The notes: generated by a model from the sequence alone, not told the origin. Positions 26,051 through 40,377 are shown, numbered from the stretch's first letter. The stretch is DNA of 64,000 bases from Octopus bimaculoides (GCF_001194135.2 NC_068989.1:71407456-71471455), one strand, 5' to 3'. Numbers and translations are program-made.

Positions 26051-28953
26051 TGTAAATTGGAGTCACTATCATACAATTAGTGTAATTTATTTCCAATATT
26101 CTGCAAAAACATGTCTCGTCACAGGGAAAAAATTACCTTGCTGGGGGACACAGGTAGGGGTTGACTACAGGAAGGGAATCTGGCCATAGGAAAACCTGCT
26201 TCAGTGAACTCCATCCAGCCCAGGCAAGCATAGAAAATTGAACCTTAAAACAACAATTATGACAATGATGATGATGATGATTTTTTTTGTTTTATTGAGT
26301 TTGACTCCAGCAGGATTTGAACTCTGGTTGGAGAGAGAAGCAAGGGAAGAAATACTGATACAAAATTTCTGCTGCTCAAGTCGTTAGCTTATGTTTATGA
26401 ATTTATCAATAGAGACAGTCTGGATTAGCTGCTTCATTAAGATGACAGATTTCTCCATTGTGGATTGCTAATTCGAAGCTGCCCGCCTCCATCACCACAG
26501 CCACCACCACCACCACCACCACCACCACCACNNNNNNNNNNNNNNNNNNNNNNNNNNNNNNNNNNNNNNNNNNNNNNNNNNNNNNNNNNNNNNNNNNNNN
26601 NNNNNNNNNNNNNNNNNNNNNNNNNNNNNNNNNNNNNNNNNCCACCATCACCACCACCACTGGCACTCCCACCAACATCACCACTGTCACCACCACTATC
26701 ACTGCCGCCACCACCATCACCACAACAGCCACTTCTACCACTATATTGTCTGTCTCCTCGATTAAAGGCACATATTACTTTTAATTATGTAAAGTATCAT
26801 CAATAATTAAGAAAGCGTTGAATAATGGCATTTGATTGGATTTGATATTAGTTAGTCTGTCGAATGCATCTGGCAGGTTTAACCCCTCCATGCCCCCTCT
26901 TCACGATGCTACTGCCCCCCCCCGCCTCTGACCACTGCCACTACAAGCAATGCTGCTGTCCAATTAGCTATTTCTCTCAGAGTTTGTGTCAAAAGACCAG
27001 CAGTTGTGATGGGGCACACACCAGTCTTCTAATGAATCCTGTATGTAGTTGCTGAGCCTGCTAGAAATGACAGCCAAATCTCCATTAAATTACACCCTAC
27101 TGTTTTTAAAATATCAAGTGATTCAATGGATAAAGGTCTGATATACCCCTAAAAAGATGGGATAGGATAGGATAGGACGGGATGGTCACAGCTGGAATGC
27201 TTCTGATCATTGGTGGATCCCCAATACAACTGACTAAACAACTAAACATTGTGTTCAACGAATTAGCAAGCCTCCACATGGATACTAAACATACTAAACC
27301 GCTAAGCATTTTACCCAACATGCTAATAATTCTGCCAGCTTCCCATCTTCATCATCATCATCATCATCATCATAATAATAATAATAATAATAGTAAAGAC
27401 TCCCTTCAGTCACCAATGACCATGGGATTGCCCCGAGGCAAGGCTGTTTATGGAAGACCAGCAGTCATCCATGCATACAAGCCTCCCCTCTCCACGCCAC
27501 TGATGTTATCCAAGGGAAAGGCAAATGCCAATACAGCATGGCACCAGGGACGTTGCAACTCATTTCTACAGCTGAGTGACCTGGGACAATGTGAAAAAGT
27601 ATAAAGTGTCCTGCTCAAGAATACAACACACAGCCCAATCCGGGAATCAAACTCACTACCTCATGATTGTAAGCCAAATGCTCTAACCACTGAACCATGC
27701 ACCATGCAATCAACAGCCAAGTTCCATTTACCAAAAAATGGTGTTGGAAGGAGGAGGTATTCTATATTCAAGCATTTATAGTAGGGTGTTCGTTTTTTTT
27801 TTTTTTTTTTTATACTAATTATAATTTCTGAAGTTGTAGACACTGGGTGTAAATCAATCCAATAAAACAACAACAACAACAACAACAAAAAGCCTACAGT
27901 ATAGTATTCTAGAGGGAGCTTTTATTAGTCACTAACCGAAATCTTATCAGTGCCATCAAGGATCTGTTTCAAGTATTCTTCTACTTAACTAATCTGATGT
28001 AACCTGCTGAGTGGAGGAAACAAAAAAGAAAAAGAAAAGGCGAACTCACTAATGCATGCAAACTACCTGTTCATTTAGTACGTGTTGAAAACAGGCAGTG
28101 TAGGTGTCTCTGCCGATTAGAACCATTCATGGCTTGTGAAGTTTTATGTTAAGTAAATAATATCAAAACATTTTGCTTTATTATTTTTTTTTTTTTTTAA
28201 ATTAAGGGCGATGGTAAGCAATATCAAAGGGATGATGATGATGATGATAATGATGATGATGATGACAATATAAGTGGGGATGGCGGCAGCAGTGGCAGTG
28301 GTGGTGGTGTAGATGATGATAATTATTGCAATGATAATTATGATGATGACGATGGCAATGTGATGTGATGATGATGATGATGATGATGCCAAAGGTGGTT
28401 GTGGTGGTGGAGATGTTGATGATGTGGTGGTGTGGTGATGATGATGATGATGTTGCTCATGATGATGACAGTGATAATGACAACAATGATGATGATCATA
28501 ACATTAATGATGATGATGATGATGATGATGGCTGGTATGCGTTATATAGAAGACTAATAGAAAGGAAACACTAACCTAATCTCTCTCTCTCTCCCCTTTT
28601 TTCTTTCCTTCTCCCTCTCCTTCTCTCATAAAGTCATTTTCAGGTGAAATTAGATATAGAAACAGATTTGTAGCATATTTAAAAAGAAAATTCACTAATT
28701 ACTTCTGTACAAAATATTTATTAGAAATACTTAATTGGTCATAGTTTTTCTACTACATCTTTTTTCACTTAAATGCTCTAGAAAATTCTTGCATCTGTAA
28801 CTATATGCACTATGAACAGCCACTGCAGAGGATGCAAATAGCTACACTGGCAAAATATACATAGGAAACAAATGATATAACCGGCATTTTGTGTTTAACA
28901 GACTTTTACCTATGTGTGTGTGTGTGTGTGCAAATTCATTATTTTCAAAATTG

Positions 28954-29015
<62 letters not shown>

Positions 29016-29179
29016 CCTTTCTACTATAGGCACAAGGCCTGAAATTGTGGCAGAGGGGGATAATCGATTATGTCAACCCCAAAAGGGGTTGATAAAATAA
29101 GTACCAGTTGAGTACTAGGGTTGATGTAATTGACTTACTCCCTCCCCAGAATTTGCTGGCCTTGTGCCAAAATTTGAGA

Positions 29180-29463
29180 CATTCGAGCGAGATCGTTGCC
29201 AGTGCCACTGGACTGGCTCCAGTGCAGATGGCACGTAAAATACACCATTTCGAGCATGGCCGTTGCCAGTACCGCCTGACTGGCCTTCGTGCCAGTGGCA
29301 TGTAAAAAGCACCCACTACCCTCTCAGAGTGGTTGGCGTTAGGAAGGGCATCCGGCTGTAGAAACTCTGCCAAATCAGATTGGAGCCTGGTGTAGCCATC
29401 TGATTTCACCAGTCCTCAGTCAAATCGTCCAACCCATGCTAGCATGGAAAGCGGACGTTAAAC

Positions 29464-29495
<32 letters not shown>
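29180..29495 (+). mobile_element. RTE 3' UTR stub ending in (GAT)n
   Basis: Matches the 3' UTR of the RTE copies at 22120-22198 and 58368-58700; similar stubs at 12355-12560(-), 17575-17730, 47330-47640, 48120-48235(-), 59610-59815. Confidence 0.85.
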
Positions 29496-29497
<2 letters not shown>

Positions 29498-30069
29498 ATT
29501 GCTGCTGCTACTGTTGTTGTTGTTGTTGTTATTGTTTAGTCCGAGGTCTGTCCTTATTAAGTNNNNNNNNNNNNNNNNNNNNNNNNNNNNNNNNNNNNNN
29601 NNNNNNNNNNNNNNNNNNNNNNNNNNNNNNNNNNNNNNNNNNNNNNNNNNNNNNNNNNNNNNNNNNNNNNNNNNNNNNNNNNNNNNNNNNNNNNNNNNNN
29701 NNNNNNNNNNNNNNNNNNNNNNNNNNNNNNNNNNNNNNNNNNNNNNNNNNNNNNNNNNNNNNNNNNNNNNNNNNNNNNNNNNNNNNNNNNNNNNNNNNNN
29801 NNNNNNNNNNNNNNNNNNNNNNNNNNNNNNNNNNNNNNNNNNNNNNNNNNNNNNNNNNNNNNNNNNNNNNNNNNNNNNNNNNNNNNNNNNNNNNNNNNNN
29901 NNNNNNNNNNNNNNNNNNNNNNNNNNNNNNNNNNNNNNNNNNNNNNNNNNNNNNNNNNNNNNNNNNNNNNNNNNNNNNNNNNNNNNNNNNNNNNNNNNNN
30001 NNNNNNNNNNNNNNNNNNNNNNNNNNNNNNNNNNNNNNNNNNNNNNNNNNNNNNNNNNNNNNNNNNNNN

Positions 30070-30114
<45 letters not shown>

Positions 30115-30123
30115 CATTTATTT

Positions 30124-30155
<32 letters not shown>

Positions 30156-31911
30156 TATGTAACACTTAAGATTCTAATACAGCTTTTCATATCAGAGGAA
30201 TCTGATGTGATTACACAACTTCGAGGAGGTCATTTTTGTTTTGCTTTTTTACTATCTTTTTTTATATTTATATGTTTCTTATAAACCAATCGAACCATGT
30301 AATGTTCTTCTACGTTTTAATGACAAAAGTGGAACTTAGTCATAAACTGTTCTCCACCTGCTCCTCCTCTGCCTCCTCCTCTTTCTCATCATCATCATCA
30401 TCATCACTGTTGTTGTTGTCATCATCATTATTGTCATCGACCAACACTACCGCCACCATCACTACCACCACTACAAACACTGTCATCATCATCATCATTG
30501 TCATCACCACCACCACCACAAACATCATCATACTCATCATCATTACCACCACCATCACCATCACCATCACCACTCACCACTACCACCACCACTGCTGCTG
30601 CCATCTCTGGGTAGAATTGGTAGATTAGCAGAATCAAGAGAGAGACAATTCTAAGTTCAAATCCTGCCAAAGTCAACTCTGCTTTTTCATCTTTCTAGGG
30701 TTGATAAAACAAAGTACCGATCCAAAACGAGAACAGAGCCACCAAACTGAATGGTATAAAAATCACTCTCTCTGTTTTTCTATGATTATTATAATGACCT
30801 CTGCATCCTGGATCCTGGCTGACCTCATGCCACCTTCTCACAGGCATTTCTAACCCTCTAAGCTCTCCCCTTCTCATCACCTTCACTGTTTCCAATTCCC
30901 CAGGCCTTGTCCCAATCACTATTTTCCCTCCCTCAATACTGTATTTCTACTTAGTTTTGCCTGTTTTGTGAGTTCCTTGGTAACCTCACATGAGCCAGTG
31001 CCATGAAAATGGTACCTAGTATACTCTGTAAAGTGGTTGGTGCTAGGATGGGCACCCAGAGGTAGAAACCCTTCCAGAGCAGACATTAAGGGCTCAACAT
31101 AGCTCTGTGGCTTGCTGGATTCTGTTAGATCCTAACACCAGCATAGAATAAGGATGTACGGATGTTAAATGATGATGATGATCATAGGTCGGGATGGGAG
31201 GAGAGAGAGGAGGGGTGGGTGGGTTTGGGTGAGTGACCGTTTGTTTGTTTGCTTGCTTGCTTGTGTTAAGAGTGGTATGAGTTCATATTTAGTGTCAGGT
31301 GAGACGGTGAGCTGACAGAATTGTTAGCATGCCAGGCAAAATGCTTAGTGGAATTTTGTCTGTCTTTATGTTCTGAGTTCAAATTCCACCGAGGTTGACT
31401 TTGTCTTTCGTCCTTTTGCATTCGATAAAATAAGTAGCAGTTGAGTACTGAGGTCAATGCTACTGACATATCCCCCACATCTGAAATTGCTGGCCTTGTG
31501 CCAAACTTTGAAATCCATATTTAGTCCCAGGCGTCAATCACTCTATCCATGTTCCTGGGTGAAAGACATTTGATTCTACTTTCATGAAGCTAAAAGTATC
31601 TTGTCTAATTTGGCAACTGATGCAAGGTGTCTACTCAGTTACCCATCCTTGCTGCTGGGTGTATGTGTGTTTGTGTATGTCTGTGTATATCTATATATAT
31701 AAACATACATATGCACACACACATATGTATATATATCGCTTATCACTTTACTAATTGCACTAAAATCCTTGAAAAAGATACAACTATCCATTTCTCTTCA
31801 GTGTATAATTCTGAAAACGTTATCACAATCATCATCATCATCAACATTACTACCACCACCACTATCATCACCACCACCACCACCACCATCAACACCAACA
31901 CTATCACTGCT

Positions 31912-31942
<31 letters not shown>

Positions 31943-31959
31943 CCATCATCATCACCATC

Positions 31960-31990
<31 letters not shown>

Positions 31991-32424
31991 CCATTTAATA
32001 TTCACCCAATATAGCTGTTTAACTACTATATATAACACTATTCGTGTTATTTTCCTCTTCTTGCTCTTGTATGTCACTATAACCATTCATTGTTATCTAT
32101 TGGTCCCTTTTGATCAATGTACATCACCCAAAGTTTCTTATTTTGACTAATATTCCTTTGCTATACTGATCCCTACCCTGTTTATCCCCGCCAACATCTT
32201 TGGTCCTTATGACCAGTAACCAATGTTCTTATCAAGGCAGCAAAAGGCAATCTTCTGGCAGAATCATTAGAACTCCAGACAAAATGCTTAGCGAAATTTC
32301 ATCTGTCTTTACATTCCGAGTTCAAATTCCACTGAGGTTGACTTTACCCCACCACCACCACCACCACCACACCCAATAAATTTTAAGGAAGGAAAAATGA
32401 GAAAGGCAAAATTCACATGGCTAA

Positions 32425-32903
32425 ATATCCCTATTACAACCATGGGGATGAAGGATGGTTGGCACTCCGTCAGTTACGACGACAAGGGTTCCAGTTGATC
32501 CAATCAACGGAACAGCCTGCTCGTGAAATTAGCGTGCAAGTGGCTGAGCACTCCACAGACACGTGTACCCTTAACGTAGTTCTCGGGGAGATTCAGCGTG
32601 AGACAAAGTGTGACAAGGCTGACCCTTTGAAATACAGGCACAACAGAAACAGGAAGAAAGAGTGAGAGAAGGTTGTGGTGAAAGAGTACAGNNNNNNNNN
32701 NNNNNNNNNNNNNNNNNNNNNNNNNNNNNNNNNNNNNNNNNNNNNNNNNNNNNNNNNNNNNNNNNNNNNNNNNNNNNNNNNNNNNNNNNNNACTTTAGGT
32801 GTTTTCGCTCAATAAACACTCACAACGCCCGGTCTGGGAATCGAAACCGCGATCCTATGACCGCGAGTCCGCTGCCCTAACCACTGGGCCATTGCACCTC
32901 CAC
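32425..32903 (-). mobile_element. SINE family C, full length across gap, tRNA(Arg)-like head
   Basis: Head GCAATGGCCCAGTGGTTAGGGCAGCGGACTCGCGGTCATAGGATCGCGGTTTCGATTCCCAGACC; near-identical head at 61920-62025; body shared with 51845-52125. Confidence 0.85.
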
Positions 32904-32956
32904 GGGGATGTAGGGTGATACCAGAGGTTATATCAGTGCAATCCAGGATAGTCTAT

Positions 32957-33320
32957 GGCTGTGGTTCTCAACCGGGGTCCATATGGCCCTTGAGTTTCCA
33001 TATAAGATTCGGGGGGGGGGGTCCATTCATGCAACAAGATAGTAAATTGGGGATCTACGATAGTATTTTAAGGGTACCCGAAACAATTTTGCTTTAGATG
33101 TATGTACTGGTATGTATTGCAAGAAAGAATTAGGTTTCTTTCTCTAACATTTTACATAGTTCAACCTACACAAGTTAATGTGTGAAAAACAAAATAGGAA
33201 TTTTGAAAGAAGTTTCTATAAAACTAATTTTTAAATAGTGAATGCCTATGATGCGGGTATCCCCCAGAACAAAATAGTAATCACAGGGGTCCATAGATAA
33301 AATATGGTTAAGAACCCCTG
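32957..33320. mobile_element. hAT-like MITE
   Basis: Ends GTGGTTCTCAACC / GGTTAAGAACCCCTG with internal GGGGTCC motifs; related copy at 62290-62531. Confidence 0.65.
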
Positions 33321-33859
33321 GTATATAGGGTACCTCAAATCCACGTATATAGTTACTCCTATTCATCATCTTTACAGTGCTTTTCTCATTGTTATGGTCT
33401 TGTTCTACACTGTTATTACTATTCATAATTATTTCCTGCAGTATTCGTCCTGGCTCTAAACGTTCTGAGTTCAAACCCCGCTGAAGTTAACCAACTGACT
33501 GAGATGATCCTTAGCTTTCATCCTTTCGGTGCTGATACTGTTTCCAGTATGTCAAGAGACCACACAGGGGCTGGATGATACTTTGTATTGTTTGTTGCTG
33601 TTGTTGTTGTTGTTAACGATGTTGTTGCTGTTACAGTTCATGGCAATGGGTGATGGCAGTTAAAAGAAGATAAATCTTTGTATTAATGACGATGGAGATG
33701 GTGACGATGATGATGATGATGATGTCAGTGTGAAGAGGTTTATTGTTGCTAAAGGAAGGGTGGATGAAGTGAGTAAAAGGCTGGTAGTATAGTGAAATTA
33801 GTTATTGTCAATGGTTATGCCAGTCATGTAGGTGGTAATGATACTGATGGTGGTGGTGG

Positions 33860-34077
33860 CAGGGATGATGGTGGTGGTGGTGGTGGTAATGGTGGTGGTG
33901 GTGGTAATGGTGGTGCAGCTGCTGCTACTGGCAGGGATGCTAGTGGTGGTGATGGTAGTGTTGGCGGTGACGGTGCTGGTGGTGGTGGTGGTGGCAAGGA
34001 TGATGATGGTGGTGGTGGTGGTGGTAATGGTGGTGCAGCTGCTGCTACTGGCAGGGATGCTAGTGGTGGTGATGGTA
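33860..34077 (+). repeat. 120-bp higher-order repeat on a (GGT)n background
   Basis: GGTAATGGTGGTGCAGCTGCTGCTACTGGCAGGGATGCTAGTGGTGGTGATGGTA at ~33902 and ~34022, runs into gap. Confidence 0.8.
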
Positions 34078-34469
34078 NNNNNNNNNNNNNNNNNNNNNNN
34101 NNNNNNNNNNNNNNNNNNNNNNNNNNNNNNNNNNNNNNNNNNNNNNNNNNNNNNNNNNNNNNNNNNNNNNNNNNNNNNNNNNNNNNNNNNNNNNNNNNNN
34201 NNNNNNNNNNNNNNNNNNNNNNNNNNNNNNNNNNNNNNNNNNNNNNNNNNNNNNNNNNNNNNNNNNNNNNNNNNNNNNNNNNNNNNNNNNNNNNNNNNNN
34301 NNNNNNNNNNNNNNNNNNNNNNNNNNNNNNNNNNNNNNNNNNNNNNNNNNNNNNNNNNNNNNNNNNNNNNNNNNNNNNTAGTAGTGGTAGTGGTAACTGT
34401 GACAGTGGTGGCAAAGATAGTGCAGGTATATTAAATGAACTGTTGGTGGGCGACCAAGGCGTGGCTGGA

Positions 34470-34511
<42 letters not shown>

Positions 34512-34989
34512 ATAACAAATGCTGCAAATGAAGGAACACACATACAGACAGACATCTTCTTTTCCACTTCACATCATTATTTGGATCTCAAAGAAAAATA
34601 AACAAAACAAAACAAATAAAAAAAAAAAGAGAGAGAGAAGCCATTTCTAAACTTAGCTAAGAACCATCTCACATTTCAGGGCAATAAATGCATAATTCTT
34701 TCATCAAATGAGCATTTATATTTAGAGCGATGTTGAAAATTTAGACAATTATTCATGTAGATAGCTGTGAAGCAGAAATGTGAGGAGAACGTGAAAGTAT
34801 TTAAGAATTCCATATAGTTGGTTCCTTAAACATAAATAGAGCTAGAGGTTGCATTATGAAGTGTTTTTTGTGTAGTAGTTTGGGGGGGTTTTTGTGTTGT
34901 TTTTGTTTTTAATTTTTTTATTATGATGCGCAAAGACAGTGGTGCATTGGAATAGCAATCAAAATGTAATGTGCCTCATGGGTTTCAAG

Positions 34990-35248
34990 CAGTGGTTCCT
35001 GAACTTTTCTGGGCTGCTACTCCTTTGGCACAAAGCCACGTTTTTAGCACCCCTACAAACACTCACCACCACAAATGTAGACCACTTTCTGCAGCAAATT
35101 TCTAAACAACTTTGTTTCACAAATAAAACTTAACCAAATTAACCCATTATTTGGGGTGGTTTTTTACATCCATTAGCCACCCCATTATTGCCCCACTTTT
35201 TTTTCAATTCCCCCACGGGAGCAATACTACCCACTTTGGAACCCAATG
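34990..35248. mobile_element. Degenerate hAT-like MITE
   Basis: CAGTGGTTCC ... GGAACCCAATG termini. Confidence 0.45.
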
Positions 35249-35437
35249 ATTTTAAGCTGTGGCTCCCATTCATTCGTTTTGACTTTCTGACTTACAAAAG
35301 ATGAAAGAATAATTTATTGATACACTTAGCAAGGAAGATTTAAAACAAAAATGCTATAATTTAAAAGTTAAAAATTTAGAAATACATATGCCATCACTGC
35401 CTTTTTTGTTTTATCGTCATTAATCATACATATATCA

Positions 35438-35818
35438 GGCATGTCTTTGTGATAAGAATTTTGCTTCACAACCACATGGTTCTGGGTTCAGTCCCACTGC
35501 ATGGCACCTTGGGTAAGTGTTTTCTATTATAGCCTCAGGCTGACCAAAGCCTTGTGAGTGGATCTGGTAAACAGAAACTAAAAGATGCTTATTGCGTGTG
35601 TGTGTGTGTTTTTGTGTATGTGTTTGTCTCCCACCACTGCTTGACAACCAGTGTTGGTTTGTTTATATCCCTGTACCTTAGTGGTTCAACCAATAGAATG
35701 GGTACCAGGCTTTACAAAGAAATAAAAAGTACTGGGATTGATTCATTTGACTAAAATTCTTCAAGGCAGTGCTCCAGCATGGTCACAGTCTAATGACTGA
35801 AACACGAAAAGAAAAGAA
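35438..35818 (+). mobile_element. SINE family A copy
   Basis: Family A head, core and tail. Confidence 0.8.
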
Positions 35819-37035
35819 AAAAGATATATGTATATATAACATAAATCCCCCACAAAGGCCAGTTCTTGATGCAATATGGTGGCTCATGTGTCTAAATGAC
35901 CCTGGGAGCTATGCCACACTGACAGGTCAAAGAATAGAGGGCACACTTATATGGGCCACCTCTTCCCAGAGGTAAGCATGCTTTTGTGGAGGGCCAACAT
36001 TTCTACTGAGAAAAAAAGCATAGTTACAGAAGCACAAATGACAATTCAAAAACAGCAGAGCCTACAAGATCTTCTCAAAAAGACAGCTCAAAGATGAGAA
36101 CAGAGGGGGAAAGCCATCAACAACTATGCTCTGCAGAGAGTGAAGAGCTTAGCTAAGTAATATAACATGATTACAAACAAGACATTTTTTTCAAGATGCT
36201 CTAGCTAATTTAGTCTGGATTTTTTAAATCCTGGAATTATATATTTGAAAACTCACTGTACAGCAAGAGATCTCTTGTAGCACATTCTTGGAGATGAGAA
36301 CAGAGGAGGAAAATCATCAATTTTAGGGAGGGGCCAGTCAATTAGATTGACCCCAGTATGCAGCTGGTACTTAATTTATCGACCCCGAAAGGATGAAAGG
36401 CAAAGTCCGCCTCAGCGGAATTTGAACTCAGAATGTAAAGACGGACAAAATACTGCTAAGCATTTCGCCTGATGTGCTAACATTTCTGCCAGGTTGCTAC
36501 CTTTCTGGAATTATATATTTGAAAGATCGCTGTACACCTACAGATCTCTTGCAGCACATTCTTGGAGGACTTCTGCTTTAGAGAATCAATTTTAAATTTA
36601 GTAACAGTTATTGCATTTTACAATAGGGTCTTTTTTTTTTTGTTGCATCTCAAACTTTGCCAATCCATGCTTTGAAGATAAACCTCTGTTAGCACAGCAG
36701 GTTCAGTATTCTTTGAAAGACTAAAAAAAATCTCTCAGCCAAGAAAAACAAAATATTCCCCAAGGGGTAGGGTGGGTGAATTGTTGGGGAATGTGCACTT
36801 AGTTAAAGAGGTTTTGCAAAAAAAAAAAAGATTATATATTCATTCCAATTGAAAACATGACTAAGATCAAAAAAACAAAACATTTCTTCAAGAGACAAAA
36901 ACCTTGTGGAAACAATTTGAAATATTAGGAATCTATCTAATAGAAAGACAGGAAAAAACAAAATAATAAAAAGCTGGCTTAAAGACAAAAGCAACAAACT
37001 TAGAGACTTAAACATACACACACACATGTACATAT

Positions 37036-37075
<40 letters not shown>

Positions 37076-38249
37076 TTACACACATACACACATTCAAACA
37101 CACATATACACATGCATGCACACACACACATTCACATCACTCGTTCAATATTATAAAATGTTTCCCTTTCCTTTACATTCATCATTTCAATCTGTTGCAG
37201 CCATCATCCACCATCACCATGTCAGATGTTAACACACATCAAGTGTAACCCTGGATTAGAAGAGTCAAAAGGTTTTTTAACATTTATCCAAGGGGCCACA
37301 TAGAGTCTCCAGAGAGAAAGGATAGCTTAACATTCCTTCTCTAGAGTGACTGTAAAGTAAAAATACAGTCCTGGCTCTGTGGGTAAAAAGTTTGCTTCCC
37401 AACCACATGGTTTCAAGTTCAGTCCTACTATGAGGCACCTTGAGAAAATGTCTTCTACTAAAACCTCAAGCAGACCAAAGCCTTGTGAGTGAATTTGGTA
37501 CAGAGAAACTGAGGGAAGCTTGTCATACATATATGATTATCATCATTTAACATCCATGCTCCATGCTGGCATGGGCTGGATTTTTTGACAGGACCTAATA
37601 AGAACAGGGACTGCTCCTGTGTCAGCTTTGGTATGGTTTCTACAGTAGGATGCCCTTCCTAATGCCAACCCCCTTTCCACAGCAAACTGGGTGTATTTTC
37701 ATTTCACCAGCACTACTGAGGTTACCATGCAGCTTACAAGGCTTCAAACCTCAAGAGGGCAGCTTTATACTGGAAACTGGGAGAATGGAAAAAAGTAAGA
37801 AAGAAGGGACCAGAGCAGAACAGGTTCCTTGTTGTAGAGGAGATCCATGACTACTCACATTTNNNNNNNNNNNNNNNNNNNNNNNNNNNNNNNNNNNNNN
37901 NNNNNNNNNNNNNNNNNNNNNNNNNNNNNNNNNNNNNNNNNNNNNNNNNNNNNNNNNNNNNNNNNNNNNNNNNNNNNNNNNNNNNNNNNNNNNNNNNNNN
38001 NNNGGGGGGGGGCCTGGAAAGAAATAGAAATAAGGTGAGTAGAAGTGAGTGGGGACAGATGGAGAAGTGTGGGTTAGTGAATGTTGCAAGAGATATGGGG
38101 ACAGTGAGAGAAAAGGAATAGGTGAGGAGAGAGAAGATAGGTAAAGGACTGTACATTTGCCCTTCAACCCTACCCAGTCTTTAAAGGACTGTGGCCATGC
38201 TGGGGCACCTGTCTTGAAGGGTTTTAGTGAAACTGATTGACGCTATTCT

Positions 38250-38660
38250 TTTACTCTTTTACTTGTTTCAGTCATCTGACTGCAGCCATGCTGGAGCACC
38301 ATGTTAAAGGGTTTTTTAGACAAAGAAATTGCCCCCAAGATTTATTCTTTGTAAGCCTAGTACTTATTCTATCAGTCTCTTTTGCCAAACCACTAAGTTA
38401 CAAGACATAATCACACCAACACTGGTTTTCAAGCAGTGATCGGGGTGGGGTGGGGGAACAAACACACACACACACTCACACACATATAAATACACATACA
38501 CACACACACACATATATGATGGGCATCTTTCAGTTTCTGTTTACCAAATCCACTTACAAGACTTTGGTTGTGCCGAGGTTATAGTTGAAGATGCCGAAGG
38601 AACCACGCAGTGGGACTGAACCTGGAACCACATGGTTGGGAAACAACCTTCTAGCCACAA
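38250..38660 (-). mobile_element. SINE family A copy
   Basis: Reverse-complement family A; another partial copy at 38680-38870. Confidence 0.8.
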
Positions 38661-39120
38661 AGCCATGCCTAAGTCTGGTATTTGTTCTATCAGTCTCTTT
38701 TGCTGAACTGCTAAGTTATGTGAATGAAAACAAACCAAAACCAATTATCAAGCGTTGGGTGGGGGGACAAACACACACATATATGACAAGCTTCCACACA
38801 GTTTCTATCTACCAAATTCACTTACAAAGCATCCGTGACCTAAGGCCATAGTAGAAGACACTTGCCTAAGGTGTAAAGATTGGGTAGAGTTGAAGGGCAG
38901 ACGTAGTGGTGGTGGTGGTGGTGGTGGTGGTGGTGGTGTTGACGGCAATGGTGATGATGATGAAGAAGATGAAAATTTAACATGGACGATAAAATGGAAC
39001 CAGGAAGAATACTATCAATTTCAAGATTACACCAAAATATATATCAAGATATAACCAAGATTAATTTCAGTTCAAACTCTGTTTATATTCTTTATTCATG
39101 AATCAGCATTAAAGTGTAGC

Positions 39121-39222
<102 letters not shown>

Positions 39223-39524
39223 CATGTGCACGTTTATGTGTGTAGGTGGAATCAGCTTTTAAGGGGGTATAGGAAGAAAGTGTTAGCAAAGATGTGTCAG
39301 GGTTCTAGAGCAGATGACGCTAGCTAGCAGTACCACTGTCAGTGGTAGTAAATAATAAAAATAAAAAAATGAGGGAAGGAATGGTTAGGGAAGCTATTGT
39401 CTGAGACAGGTGCTTCTGTAAAGAACCAAATTAAGCTGTGTAATGATTTTAATAACAGATGTTTGCTATGATGTAAGAAGTCTTTCCTTCCTCTATTTTC
39501 CTCTTTTTGTGAGTCATATTATTA

Positions 39525-39567
<43 letters not shown>

Positions 39568-39748
39568 TATTTTGCTTCTTGTTTTCCTTTAACGAGCAGC
39601 CAAATTATATTTTTAGAATATTCCAACAGACTTTGTTATTTTCAATTTTATTTAATTATTTATCTACATACCTGAATGTTTGCTTGTTTCTATGTCTGTC
39701 TGTCTGTCTCACTCTCTTTCTTTCTCTCTCACTCACTCACTCACTCAC

Positions 39749-39808
<60 letters not shown>

Positions 39809-40297
39809 GCACTCTGTCTAACTATACTTATTTAGCGACATATTTACATAGGTACTAACATACACACACACACACGTTATGTACACACAGACACACTCAA
39901 ACATACCATTAATATATCTTATCTGAAAATTAATATATTATTAAATGCTACCTTATGGAAGAGCTTCCATGCATATTTCTATGTACATGAATAAACCTAT
40001 CCATCCGTATAACATCCATCCTCCCATCCAACCCTCCATCCACCCATACATGCATACATAATCCTGAGAAACATAAAAGAACTCAGGCACCAAAACCACT
40101 GAATATTAAAAACGTAGTGGCTGGGATGGTCTCCGTGAAAACTTTAATAAAATGCAAATATAACAGACCAGACATAGTTATTAGGGAGAGAAAAAAAAAA
40201 AAGAAACTATGAACAGCTGAGTAAGTTAGCTGCCCAGCATGTATCAAAATAAAGCTAAAGATAAGTGAAAAAATAAAACACCCATGCTAAACTATTC

Positions 40298-40300
40298 ACA

Positions 40301-40377
<77 letters not shown>

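Noticed and set aside
32830-32903. tRNA gene
   Set aside because: tRNA-like A/B boxes continue into a SINE body and no acceptor stem closes; same for 61920-62025 and other heads
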